Made by a program: the position numbers and the translations under genes. A stretch of DNA of 63,460 bases, counting the filler, from Perkinsus chesapeaki ATCC PRA-425 (lineage: Eukaryota > Protista > Perkinsozoa), in NCBI GenBank assembly GCA_013115145.1. It is 9 parts of 9 records of this genome, joined end to end, with 100 filler letters (N's around TTAATTAATTAA, not from the genome) between each part and the next. Parts side by side here need not be neighbours in the genome. Positions count along the whole stretch, not along the records: positions 36,844 to 46,011 come from JAAPAO010000945.1; positions 46,112 to 47,480 come from JAAPAO010002012.1; positions 47,581 to 50,234 come from JAAPAO010001550.1; 6 more parts are not named here. One strand, given 5' to 3'. Positions 36,844 to 48,346 of this stretch are shown here, in pieces. Position 1 is the first letter of the stretch, and each line of letters opens with the position of its first letter. The notes beneath the pieces were generated by a model. It was not told the origin of the DNA and made no database searches. It saw only the letters and a list, made by a program, of their open reading frames with translations.

Positions 36844-37425
36844 TTATGTATGTGAGGCCGACTTCAACTACGTGGACGAGAGCTCGTGGTAAACAGCTAT
36901 TAGAACTATTGGTTCAACTTGACCGTGTTCTACAAGAACTACAATCCTAGGTGTCTATGTTTAAGCAGTTCGTTAGATGTAGTCCTTAGTCGATTCTGTT
37001 CTTATGGCTATTTGATATTTATATCTTGCTACTAGATTATAGACAGTAGATCCGTAGTTTATACTGTACTTCTTATGTGAACATTTTGAACCACTTACTG
37101 TACTTCTTCTGTGATACTTTTAGTACTAGACCTTAGGTGACTAGACTAATCTTGCGCACTTATATATTCTCAACTTTTTGTACGTGTACACAAGGTGACA
37201 TGGAGGATTGTGCTACCCCCCTCTAGCGTCATCACTCTATTTTATAACTTACTACTGCTTAGATCGCGATTAATTTTTTAATACTAGTGATTAGTAGATC
37301 TGCCTTATAACTACTCTCGTATGAACTACCTTTGATTAGGATCTTTAAACTATAAGTTTATTATTTGGATGTTAATCTATCTCTTTTTGAAGTACTAATT
37401 ACTAGTCCCCTTTTTAACTACCCCT

Positions 37426-37752
37426 ATGACCTCCTTCCAAGAACTACAACAGTTGGTTAATGACTACGAGGAGTCCGCTCACTATAAGGAGTATCAACGT
37501 TCAAGGAAGGAACTAGTCACCATAGCTAGTGAGGAAAAAGCCGCTGAGCTCAACCCTCTAGCTACTACTGGTAACGAGGAACTAGATCAACTTCGTGCTC
37601 AATTATGGACGAAGACTGCCGACTTGGGTGCTACTTCTACTAATACTATTATCACTATCTCTATGATTAACTACAACTACGCTGCTGATAATGCTACTGC
37701 CATCACTACTAATGACGAGGAAGACGAAGGAATGACTATTGAAGAGAACTAG
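37426..37752 (+). CDS. Small acidic, helical hypothetical protein (108 aa)
   Basis: ATG-initiated ORF with strong T-ending (ACT/GCT/GAT) codon bias, intronless. No domain recognised. Confidence 0.45.
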   Translation: MTSFQELQQLVNDYEESAHYKEYQRSRKELVTIASEEKAAELNPLATTGNEELDQLRAQLWTKTADLGATSTNTIITISMINYNYAADNATAITTNDEEDEGMTIEEN

Positions 37753-38587
37753 ATGATAATGACGATAACTACTCATTTGATTTGATTCACTACTTTATTT
37801 CACTATGTCCTTGTATTCTGTTCTAGCTTCTACCGTTTACTAGATTGCTGACACTTTTACACTACTACTACCCTTGTATTAGTGCGTGGCCAATGCGCGG
37901 TCCGAAGCACCGGGCGTGCGCCATTAGTCAGCGCAAGATTCTAAAAACGGTGAAACTACTGAAACGGTTGGATACTACTGGACGTCTGTATTTGATAGAT
38001 ATAAACTAGTGGTTGGAGTTGAGAGACTCTAGGTCGTTGGAACTAGATAGTTGGAACTACTAGCGTGTCTAGGAACTAGTTATCTGGTTCTAAGACTACT
38101 TGGTCTGTTCTCGACTTAGTGATTGCACTAGAGAATTGATACTACTAACACTTGATTAACTATGGTTTTGGGTTAACTAGTTTCGAGATATTAGTAGTAA
38201 GGATTGCTAGGATTCGGTTCTTCCACGGGCCTAGGCGCCAGCGTTCGGCGGCGCTTACTACAGCTCTTTTCCCTTTACCTCTATCACTACTATTATATAG
38301 GCGCCCCCGCGCCCCGGCCCGCGCACTAGCTTGGAATACGTCCTCAAACTAGGGGAACAAAGAACAGGAAGTACAAAAGAGTAAACAGACAGATATACGT
38401 AGCAGTAGGGCCCGATACACGGTACAGTGGATAGCGATTTTGCATTGGGCAACCTTGACCAGCAGCTAGTGACTATAGCATAATAAAAAGTAAAGCCCTA
38501 CGAAGCTTGTTAATTAGCACTTCACAGGAATTAAGTAGCAGTAGCAGATAATAATTGTAGTACACCATCAAAAACACTGGATGGTCC

Positions 38588-39040
38588 TTAAGCCCAGGAA
38601 CCATCCAAGCGTCTCTCACGCGACTCAGGAGTAGAATCACGGACAGTAGCAGAGGCAGCAGTCTTAGGGGGCGAAGTCCTGTTAGAACCACGTTGGGAAT
38701 AAGCATCACCCAACTCATGTAGAGCATTGAAAACACCATCGACAGATTCAGGAGCATCACGGAACTTCTTGTACATACCAGGGTCCTCATCAGCCCAATA
38801 AGTACCAGCGCCACGATGTGCACGATCCACAGCTTCCCAGCTAGTCTTACACCATTCATCATTCCTGAGTTCAAAAGCCTTAGGCAAATACTTAGAACCA
38901 GAATTAGAAGAGTCCTCATGGATAGCACGAACCACAGCAGCGGTCTTATTCTGACCTAGAAGATGACCATGGTTGCTACCGTCTGGACAACTGGCCCCCG
39001 CGACCGTATTCGATTTAGGGGCGAGCGCTAAAGTTACCAT
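38588..39040 (-). CDS. Hypothetical protein (150 aa), intronless
   Basis: ATG-initiated ORF with pronounced T-ending codon bias and globular-looking WCKTSWEAVDRAHRGAGTYWADED. Confidence 0.55.
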   Translation of the reverse strand: MVTLALAPKSNTVAGASCPDGSNHGHLLGQNKTAAVVRAIHEDSSNSGSKYLPKAFELRNDEWCKTSWEAVDRAHRGAGTYWADEDPGMYKKFRDAPESVDGVFNALHELGDAYSQRGSNRTSPPKTAASATVRDSTPESRERRLDGSWA

Positions 39041-39213
39041 AGATCAGCGCAAGACCAATTGCGACCTTGCTTCGTTCACAATGTTCGACCTACTAAATAG
39101 TATGTCCTTTATGTCGGAAGATGCTAATTTGGAGTAAGTAGGGAGAGTAAAGAAATCGACGTAGGTGACGTCACGATATCATTCTGCGCACCGACGGTGG
39201 TTATTGTAATACG

Positions 39214-39759
39214 ATGTCTTTCAGGGAACCGCCCTCGAATAGCATCTTCGATGGATTCACCCTCGACCCACCCGGGCCATTGCCAACGACAGGCCAGCCA
39301 ACATTCGCGATGACTACGAACAATGTTATCACGACGATTAGTCCGGCCAAGGTCCAAATTTCCCAGTCGGGTGCCAAGTGCAAGCAGGACTGGAACACCG
39401 AAGTGTAAGTACCTGGCACTGCTAGGATTCGACTAGCTCATAATCATAATTTTGCGAGGCCCATGACGTGGGTAAAAATAGCTAAATAGAATAATTCGGC
39501 CCCAATTTTTCTCAGTTCAGGAGTTGTCAGACACTCCGTTGTTTCTAGGTTCGTTACCAGTATTATCGCAAGCGTCATCTCTTCACTCATCTGTGTATGC
39601 ATCGTATTATATGGTTACCGATGGTTCAAAAGAGTCGCGAAGAGGATAAGCAGTGAAATGGCGAAACGATGGTCAAAGAGTGCTGGAGAAGAACCGATCA
39701 CGACGTCGTCGGAGTGCGAAGGGAATCAGTCCTCTAGCTCCTGCGCCGAACAAGTATGA
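39214..39759 (+). CDS. Hypothetical single-pass membrane protein; multi-exon, 5' end uncertain
   Basis: Exon ORF 39214-39408 ends at a gtaagt donor. The exon after tcagttcag gives FVTSIIASVISSLICVCIVLYGYRWFKRVAKR (TM helix plus basic stop-transfer). Confidence 0.45.
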
Positions 39760-39995
39760 GATTAATAAAAATGCTCAGTAGCATTCCATGGTGTCATTGA
39801 AAATAGTGTATAAATGGTGACGACCGATTTGAGTTACTATATAAGTTTCAACACTTTACTAGGGTGAACCGTGCAAGCTACGCGGTGCAACCGAAAAGCA
39901 ACTGCCTAACATTACAATTATGTGCTTCAATGAAATGAATCAATTTGATGGAATTCGATGTGGAGGAGTGTAGAATCTTCAGTATTCCATAGCAA

Positions 39996-40739
39996 TTATC
40001 GCATGTGATCTGCCGAAACTTTCAGCTTGAGAGAAGGCCGCCGACTTACCGCGAAATGGCGCGGCCAGTTTGCCAACTCGAGTTCCATGGCAAACCGGCG
40101 ACTCAGTGAGGTCAGATATGACCCAGCTTGGCGGCATATTTGGTATCTCCACAACACTCCCGAAGTTCGAGACTCGAACTCGATGGGCTGTAAATTAGCA
40201 TCAACAGTATTATACCTGCAGGAAATCACGACCTGAAATCTGGAGATATCATTCAATCATTGAATTCCAACGATTATCATTGCTGTGGACAGTGTGAAGT
40301 CCTCAGTGAGGACCTGTAGTCGTGTCCCAGTGACACAACTATTGTCTCCTTTATTCAAGCTATAGTTGTCATAGCGCTAGTGTGAATGTGTATATATAAG
40401 AGAAGTTTCTATGGTATTTTATTAATAAGATGACTGATCGAGTTGATAACAAGTTAGAGGATAACAGGACCTCAAAGGAAGCCTCACCTGATGAATGGTC
40501 CATTCAACAGCCTTTGGCGGGGCAATGAATAAGTCCATACTGGCGAACTCCACAGTATCGCGTGATAAGACAACCTCTCTAACTTTGTTGATAAAGTTTG
40601 TCGTGATAAGCCACAACATCGAACTTTCCCGACTAATCCTGGTGTCCAGGCTGGATAGCAGGGTCAGTCCCGGAGCCCACTCGTTTGTAATACAAATGAT
40701 ACTATCCCGTCCCCGAGCATATCCTTCTTTCGAATACAT
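39996..40739 (-). CDS. Hypothetical two-exon protein
   Basis: ORFs 40422-40739 and 39996-40256 on the same strand, with a cag/gtgagg donor near 40487. Confidence 0.3.
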
Positions 40740-40812
40740 TTAACTGCACAAAACATATACAATGCAATGACAACAACATCTTGAACATGATGGAAGCACA
40801 GCAGCTATTTCC

Positions 40813-41637
40813 TCACGATCGACCAGTTACGCACGTGCTTTGCCTGAGTCGAAATGTCCCTTGTACATTAGTTAGAGAGTCCCTTCCAGGCTTGAGCATA
40901 GGATTGTAAAATAGCTTTTCCATATCCTTGACGTTTTCCTTTCTAATAGCAGCAACCACATTATCGTCCTTCACTTCAATGGACACAAACCACAAGTTGG
41001 GCGCCTTAAATTCAATGGTCAACGATACACCACCCGTTTCTTGCCTAGAGTACAACTCAGAAACTTTCACGGAGTAACCAGCTTCGTTAGATACAAAATT
41101 GACCATAATGAAAACTTTCTTGTCTAGCCAGTGCGCGCAGAACACGCCTGTTGGAAGGTGTGGCTCGTGAGTGTGAATATCAATATGCCTTGGCAGCACA
41201 GGATCCTGCCTCATATTCTCAGGGCAATTGGATTCCTGAAAGATCCTCACATCTCGTCCATCAACCATCTTAGGTGAAAGATAGGTTGCTCCGCTTGTGA
41301 GCATGCCGAGAGCGCTTATAGAGTCGACATCCATAGGGCCAAGCTTCGCTTTCAGATCTTCATTACTCAAAGTAATGTGGTAGTAATAGTATTGGTAATT
41401 ATGTGTTCGGCTGTATTTAACATTGGTCTCTATGACTCCGGACTTAATATCAGAAATATCTATCCTGGGCAGTTTCGCGGAAGACGGCTCCAAACCATAA
41501 AAGGTGACTCTCGTGCATTTGCTCGTATCACTAGCATCGCATCGACAAAAGGTATTAACGGCCCCACTCCTCCTCGCAACAGCAGCTGCGGAAACAACAC
41601 CCAGGGAGACAGCAAGAGCGATGCAACGTTCAAGCAT
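40813..41637 (-). CDS. Hypothetical secreted protein (274 aa), intronless
   Basis: ATG at 41637. Signal-peptide-like MLERCIALAVSLGVVSAAA, followed by a beta-rich body with several Cys. Confidence 0.7.
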   Translation of the reverse strand: MLERCIALAVSLGVVSAAAVARRSGAVNTFCRCDASDTSKCTRVTFYGLEPSSAKLPRIDISDIKSGVIETNVKYSRTHNYQYYYYHITLSNEDLKAKLGPMDVDSISALGMLTSGATYLSPKMVDGRDVRIFQESNCPENMRQDPVLPRHIDIHTHEPHLPTGVFCAHWLDKKVFIMVNFVSNEAGYSVKVSELYSRQETGGVSLTIEFKAPNLWFVSIEVKDDNVVAAIRKENVKDMEKLFYNPMLKPGRDSLTNVQGTFRLRQSTCVTGRS

Positions 41638-43383
41638 GTTGAAAAAATACGAAATGCAAGTAGAGATTAATCACACAATTCGAAGAGCGTACGTGTGAGA
41701 CTCGCGTTCCGCTATCCATAGCTCGAGCCATGCCCCATATCGGACATCCCAGCTATGGCAATATCTGTCAAATAAGACTTCTATGAAATAGTCCAATATA
41801 TATAGTACTATTTTACTCGAATAATTGACTTGCGTTGCTCACCGTCATAACCCAATTACAAAGATTTCATATCATATAATATTTGATGAGATATCTTTAA
41901 GTAACTGTTAGAAGCCGGAAGCTACCTCTTCTTATCGTTACCGATGTCACACTCAGTGACTCACGAACGTGCTTCCCCCAAAGGCCGAGTAAGCTCCCCT
42001 CCGCTTATTCCACAAACTTCGCTTATAACCACTCAAAAGGCCTCTAACCCGGTTTCATGAGTACCATCATCTACACCCAATAGTGCCCCACGAAAGTTGG
42101 TGATTAACTCAATATCCCACGAAAGGAAAAGAAAGAAATACAGATGCTATGAGCGCTAGAGTGATAGCACAATAGCACAAATCGAATTACAGTAAATCCA
42201 ACAGCGCTGGACTGTTGCTACTGTTACTGCTGCCCGCTCGCGTGGTGCTTACAGAGGATGAGCAAGTCTTGCTAGTTAGTGGAGACAGCACGGTTGCCGA
42301 TGCTGGACTGACAGAATGGATTATCCGAGATCACTATCAAATGTCACCACGAGCACGCGCGCGCATTGGAGGGGGCAGCGTGCACTACACGTTCCCATGA
42401 CAGTCGCCTTTAGCGATGGTACGAATCGAACTATCGTATATTATGAACTAGAAGCGACTGAGAATCGTACTGTACCGGATATACCAACGGGATCGAATGA
42501 AGAAGGAGAGCCTAGTATTAGGTAATAGGAGGGGGTAATATTTCATCGGTAGAATATTTCCCATCGACTTCCCCCTATACCAGATATCCAATACTAACAG
42601 TCACTATACTCTCTGTATACCACAGCAACTCACACGACGCCGTCGAGACTTACTTATCGACGTCCAAAAGGTCCGACTCCACTTTAGACGCTCTCGACGG
42701 CATCTCCGGCTCTGAGGAGCCCTCACTTTCAGAGGTCTCGATAGTAAATCCTGGGCGAGCGAAACCTCCAACCAAGCCTGATAAGGGAAATATGCATTAA
42801 TCATACTGAGGACTCCTCCTCAGTGAGGAGGAATTGGCCCTAAGAGGCGCTACAGAGAGCTCCTTGAAACACGGACAATCGATACTACTACACTTGAACT
42901 TATTAAGATTATTTCTTCAAAGTGATAGAATATGATGTCACCCACCCTTCTTCCCTGAACGCGTAGATCCATTAACGCTCAGTCTCTCTGGAACCTCCAA
43001 AGGCACACCTGAAGGGGGCCTTTAGCGACCTTAAAGGACCTTCGCGATTGTCCAGTTCGCTTTCAGTAGAAAACAACAACAAATTGCTTAGTGAACTAAT
43101 TCACTATATAGTGAATAAATAGTGATTTAAACCGGTTCAGTAAGTGTACTGAATTAATTTACTCTATTTTTCCTTACTTCACTGTAGTTTACTCAATCAA
43201 AAGGCGACCCGAAGAGCTCCACCCAACAGTAGTGAACTTCGTGAGCACGAAGAGATCTTCATGAAGATACATAATCCTCCAGCCGAACGGTAAATTAAAC
43301 ATCTCACCGGCTACCAGTTTTCGAAGACTCCACAATTGAGCCGGAAAATCTCCCCACAATCCCTCCAATCCACCAGATTTTTA

Positions 43384-43686
43384 TCAGACTTTCGCATGCA
43401 ACACTGCACTACTGTTATAGCCATTCCTCCGTTCCTTCAAAGTCCGCATCCTCGGCGAGGCCTCCGACGAGCTGCTCGACGAAGACATCTCTAAACCCAA
43501 CAAATACCAAGCCACCGCGGAGTCACCCTCACCTGTTCTACCCAGAACTTCCTTCCCCAAATACCCATTTCGCCCGGGCACAGTGGCCCTCCTCCTCCGG
43601 TAGCCATACTTCCTTATATGCTCCTCCGCAACTCTATACCGCTCCGTCACCAAATCACGGACATCTTCAGCCTTCGCACGCATCAT
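43384..43686 (-). CDS. Hypothetical ORF or exon
   Basis: 100-aa ORF with protein-like composition. No domain recognised. Confidence 0.3.
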   Translation of the reverse strand: MMRAKAEDVRDLVTERYRVAEEHIRKYGYRRRRATVPGRNGYLGKEVLGRTGEGDSAVAWYLLGLEMSSSSSSSEASPRMRTLKERRNGYNSSAVLHAKV

Positions 43687-44202
43687 TCTTGTAACACGAG
43701 GATCATCTTCGCTTGTGAAATGACCAAATAACTGAGCAGAAGTGATCCTTTCCAGCTTGCACGAGCAGCGGCCGATCCGATATCAATGAGTGATCGATAC
43801 AGAAATGACTTAGGTCTACATATCGATGAAATTAACCGCATCTAGCCCTTTTGAATACCACCCTTGAAAGCTGTGGAGCTTTACGTTTCAGCTCCTAGTT
43901 TCAGATCCCTAGTTGAGACGCGAGCTCTCTCTGAGCAATCCTGAAGCTTCTCATCACGAGTACCAGATACACTCAATACCCTCACCGCAGACAGATCAAT
44001 CATGCAGTACCAATATGGCCCCGACTAGGGATATGGCTGAACAACTGAGTATTCCTTTGACTACTCAAGCAATGATCATTAACTTCAGGATAGTTTGGAC
44101 AATACAAGACGCCCCAAAATATCATAACCAAGCACGTGTCTGCGGAATTACCAACAGTACGATCTCTCCAATGCTATCATCATCTGTTTTTATTATACCA
44201 AA

Positions 44203-44622
44203 CTAAACGTGAACTTGCCCCATAGATTCTATAGTATACTTAAAAATCGTTCTATCGTATATAACTAACCGATGGCCTTCCCCTATATCCATTACCACAA
44301 TCCGCTGAGTAACATCAAAATGCATTCCCACAGCACACTCTCTCCAAAGCTCTCGGCTGCCGGTAGACGCCAGAGCCTCCAATACAAGCAAACTAGAGTA
44401 GCTTTCCCGCCACGCGGCTGACCGACTCAAGCCCCAGGCAAGTTGCTGAAGGTAACGGTAAACCGACGCAGGTTCGATCCCTGGTACCTCCATAATGGCC
44501 TTTCGAGCGTGCCTGCTTTCATAAGAAGCACGGCAAATAGTCTCTAAGTCCTGCCGCATTTTTAAGGAGCCAATTCCCTCCAAGAATCCCATGTGATCTT
44601 CGCATTTAATAAGTCTCCGCAA
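44203..44622 (-). CDS. Hypothetical ORF or exon
   Basis: 139-aa ORF preceded by a candidate acceptor (tattgtag). No domain recognised. Confidence 0.35.
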   Translation of the reverse strand: MRRLIKCEDHMGFLEGIGSLKMRQDLETICRASYESRHARKAIMEVPGIEPASVYRYLQQLAWGLSRSAAWRESYSSLLVLEALASTGSRELWRECAVGMHFDVTQRIVVMDIGEGHRLVIYDRTIFKYTIESMGQVHV

Positions 44623-45809
44623 AACCTACAATAACAGTAGATGTAAGCGAACAGCTCGCGAGTACTCATTCAGTCGGTTAAGGTAATATTTTTCAGACGA
44701 ATGAAAACGCGGCATACCAACTTCAATGATGTACTACCAACAAATTTATAATTTATACGAACTATAGGCTAGGTCGCCCAAGCCATACAAACTGTGAGCT
44801 TACTATTCAGTTGGAAGTAAAGGGATGGGCCAATGTTGCTGATTCAGTTCATGGCTACAATTCACAGCAGTATCGACGGTTATATGGTCTGTGATGATTT
44901 ACAGTAAAATAGGAAATCGATGCCTTGTGTGAGTTCAAGAGCGTTAAGCGTTAAGTGGCAGATTCAACAACAACGGCCTAGACACTGTTCAGGACGGTCG
45001 CTGAGGACACGATAAGCCGCTCAGATCCGGACGAGTCGTGAATATCTATCTGGTCCAGATGATCTGGATCACTGAACGAAAGATTGGTTACTAGCATTAG
45101 TAAAGCCTCTATGCTATGTCTTTGAACCATCTTTTATTACCTCAACTGCCTCCTCAGTATCACTGCCATTTGCATCAACTGACGAAACTGCTCTAACCAC
45201 TGGTCGAAGAATATCTGCTATTGCATCAGAAAATCCTCGGCTACGGGACATAGGAGGCATTACAAAGAGGCACTCAAATTAACCTAAATCGTATCTTGCG
45301 CTGTCGACCTAACTCAAGGATCTCCGAGTATGAATAGGTGACAAGTGCCTCATTAACTTACATAACGCATAAAGTAGACGAACGATATATAATAGTTCCG
45401 TTGACCATGAGACGGAAAAACATGACAGGTTCGACGAAAAAAATTGTCGCGCGCCTCAAAATTATGCAGTCACCGGCGGTGACTCATCGCTGTCTCGCGT
45501 GTCTACGGTTAGTTGCTTAACCCAGAACCGGTCCATGGAGGATTACGTGGGGGAATCTTCTCTGTCCTCCATACGGAACTTGCATTCGAACAGAATGTAA
45601 TTGGCGACACTGATCTCGGGTAGCGTTAGTCTATGCGTGCACCTTGGAGTTTAGATATTTTATTATGTACACTATATGAATATATGTGGCATTATGCCAG
45701 TAAAGTATAGAATATACTACAATACCTGTATTAGATAGCATATATACTAGGAGATCATGTTCTAATGCTATACCGTGAGCTTAAGTACCAGATAGTACTA
45801 TATAGTGGC

Positions 45810-46011
45810 AGATATAGACGATACAGTCATAGAGATACTGTATCTTTATGTAGCAGATATATACGATACAGTCATAGAGATACTGTATCTATACGTAGCA
45901 GGTATAGACGATACAGTCATATAGATACTGTATCTATATGTAGCAGATATAGACGATACAGTCATATAGATACTGTATCTATACGTAGCAGGTATAGACG
46001 ATACAGTCATA
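45810..46011. repeat. 45-bp minisatellite, 4.5 copies, each unit with an internal palindrome; truncated by the scaffold end
   Basis: Unit AGATATAGACGATACAGTCATAGAGATACTGTATCTTTATGTAGC starts at 45810, 45855, 45900, 45945 and 45990. Internal GATACAGT..ACTGTATC. Confidence 0.95.
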
Positions 46012-46111
46012 NNNNNNNNNNNNNNNNNNNNNNNNNNNNNNNNNNNNNNNNNNNNTTAATTAATTAANNNNNNNNNNNNNNNNNNNNNNNNNNNNNNNNN
46101 NNNNNNNNNNN
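46012..46111. other. Artificial scaffold linker
   Basis: 44 N + TTAATTAATTAA + 44 N. Confidence 0.98.
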
Positions 46112-47103
46112 TTGTGGTGACCGCTCGAGGAACTTGAGGATTTCCCCGGATAGGATCCATGTATAGATCTATTGATTGCGATAGTCGCACGACCATTCTG
46201 GCCATGCTTAGCCAAAATACCCTCATGAGAGAAAGCCAGCTGCTTTCCCCACGAGTCATCAAGACTGCCGACTGACATCTCGGCACGAAACTCAGCATCA
46301 GCCGATTGCATGTAGGAGACACCAGTGCAGCGGCCCAGCTCCGCAATTCTAGCCAAGTAGAGTAGCACATCCACAGGGGAGACCTGCTTCAGGAGACACG
46401 CGGAAAGACCCCAACGTGTAAGGCGGAGGAAGAAATCCGCGGCTTGGCACGTTGTATCATCTGGCCTTGATCCTCTCGCGTCTTCCTCGCCGATTTTGAA
46501 AGTGCCAGTTACCTTGTCCAAGACGAAGGTGTGTGCAGGCTCGTTGCGAGCGACCAAGGACGACCCATCACAAGCTGATAGAGGCACCAGTTGCTTGGCA
46601 CGCATCTTCATTAGGGTCCCCGGCTTCACAAGGAATCTCCCAGGAACACGGGAGCCATGCTGAGCTTCGAATTCTCTTTGGTAGCAAAGAACTCTATCTT
46701 CTTCGGGTTCGTCGATGGAATCCTCCCTTCTACGCTTCTGGCCGCCTTCATAGCGAACATCTTCCCTTGGGGCATAGGCGCGGGCAAGTGCGCGCAGTAC
46801 CAGCAGGTTTGTGGGGTTGTCGAGGTCTTTGGCCAAAGCCTCGCAAGTTGTCTTGTCAAGGTCCTGCAGAAGCACCTCATTAGTCACGCCGTTCTTTACC
46901 AAGCAGTTGGCGACATCCAATTGGGCTATGATGCCCGCGTGGTTCTTCAAGAAGTTGGCGGCCTTGTATGGGAGAAGTGCCAGACCCTCGGCTGCAGCTT
47001 CGGCTGCAACGTCTGCCAAGTTGTTATCTCCAGCCGCGGCGCCACCATTGAGAGCAAGCTGATGAGGTTGGATAATCTCCTGATCATTGTTCTGTTGAGC
47101 CAT
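46112..47103 (-). CDS. Gag-like ORF1, possibly of a DIRS/Ngaro tyrosine-recombinase retrotransposon; 3'-truncated
   Basis: Intronless ~330-aa ORF from ATG 47103. LLYLARIAELGRCTGVSYMQSADAEFRAEM resembles the Y...I..LA......YD..FR helix of DIRS-group ORF1 proteins, recalled from memory. Confidence 0.4.
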
Positions 47104-47480
47104 TGGGGCGAGCAGGAAAAGTTTCCCAAAACTAACTAGCAACAGAGTGACATGTGAGCCTCTCGCAAACTCAAATCTGGTGAGTAAGCTGGTCGAAACT
47201 GTGCCGAGTGCTTTGCCGAGCAAAGTTTGCCCTATGGCATGTAAGTCGGGGCGGCAGGCGAAAGCCTGGCAAGCTTACAGCGGCAAATGCCAAGCGAAAG
47301 AGTAGCATTACGGTTATTCACCGCGCAATTCCTCTAATGGGAGCGAGACCCCCGCCACGTGTAGCCGTCTCAAAGGATGCATGCCATAGCGGGTGCTATC
47401 CGATGAACCGACCTCCGGGCAGGTCAAAGACTCGCGACAAGCGCTTGGACTAGGAAAGTTGTGGCGAAGAGGCCCCCTGG

Positions 47481-47580
47481 NNNNNNNNNNNNNNNNNNNN
47501 NNNNNNNNNNNNNNNNNNNNNNNNTTAATTAATTAANNNNNNNNNNNNNNNNNNNNNNNNNNNNNNNNNNNNNNNNNNNN
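47481..47580. other. Artificial scaffold linker
   Basis: 44 N + TTAATTAATTAA + 44 N. Confidence 0.98.
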
Positions 47581-48134
47581 ATGTCGCCGATGCCGTCCTT
47601 GATGGTACCGATGCTGTTATGTTATCTGGTGAAACTGCTGGTGGTAAATTCCCGGTTGAGTCTGTTGCCACGCAGCGTCGTATTTGTGAGGAGGCAGAGA
47701 ATGTCATCGACTACGATTCCCTATTTTTAAGAATTCGTACAAATGTTATGAACCACAACCCTTCTGGGTTAGCAACCCCCGAAGCAATATGTTCCGCAGC
47801 TGTTTGCCTTGGATCGGAGACTAATGCCTCCATTATAGTAGCTATTACCGAGACTGGTAGCACTGCCAGACTCTTGGCCAAGTTCCGGCCATCACAGCCG
47901 ATCCTTGCCTTATCTGCATCTCAATACACTATGAGGTCATTGAGTATAGTCCGAGGAGTTTGGGCATTGCAAGTACCATCATTTCAGGGGTCAGATGAAG
48001 TTATACATAATGCACTTAAACATGCTAAACAAATGGGATATGTTAGAAATGGTGATAGAGTTATTGCTGTACATGGTATGAAGGAGGATACTCCTGGTGC
48101 TATAAATGTTATTAAGGTCATTCAAGTTGAGTAA
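47581..48134 (+). CDS. PYK: Pyruvate kinase, C-terminal part (5'-truncated)
   Basis: VADAVLDGTDAVMLSGETAGGKFPVESV signature, then PK C-domain IIVAITETGSTARLLAKFRPSQPILA..GDRVIAVHG. Confidence 0.97.
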
Positions 48135-48346
48135 ATACTGCTGAATATTCTATATACCTTACAACCTCAAGCTTGCCTATGTATTCAATTCACTGTATAC
48201 AGTATAGTCTCCCTTCTTTCATTCATTTACATATACAAGAGGCTCTTTCCTATTCATATAATGGCGTTGCTTCCTAAGCTAAATGCTCTCTACTAGTTGT
48301 TGAGTTACTATACTCCACGTTTGAATAGTGTTTGTTATAATTGTTA

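Noticed and set aside
38588-39040. NALHELGDAY resembling parvoviral PLA2 (HD..Y)
   Set aside because: It lacks the HD dyad and the YLGPG Ca-binding loop.
44203-44622. GIEPASVYRYL resembling a non-LTR RT thumb motif
   Set aside because: No YADD or other RT motif was found nearby in any frame.
45810-46011. Palindromic repeats resembling a CRISPR array
   Set aside because: The units are head-to-tail with no unique spacers, there are no cas genes, and the context is eukaryotic.
46533-47139. Plus-strand ORFs of 116, 160 and 83 aa
   Set aside because: They are antisense shadows of the long minus-strand ORF and have no motifs.
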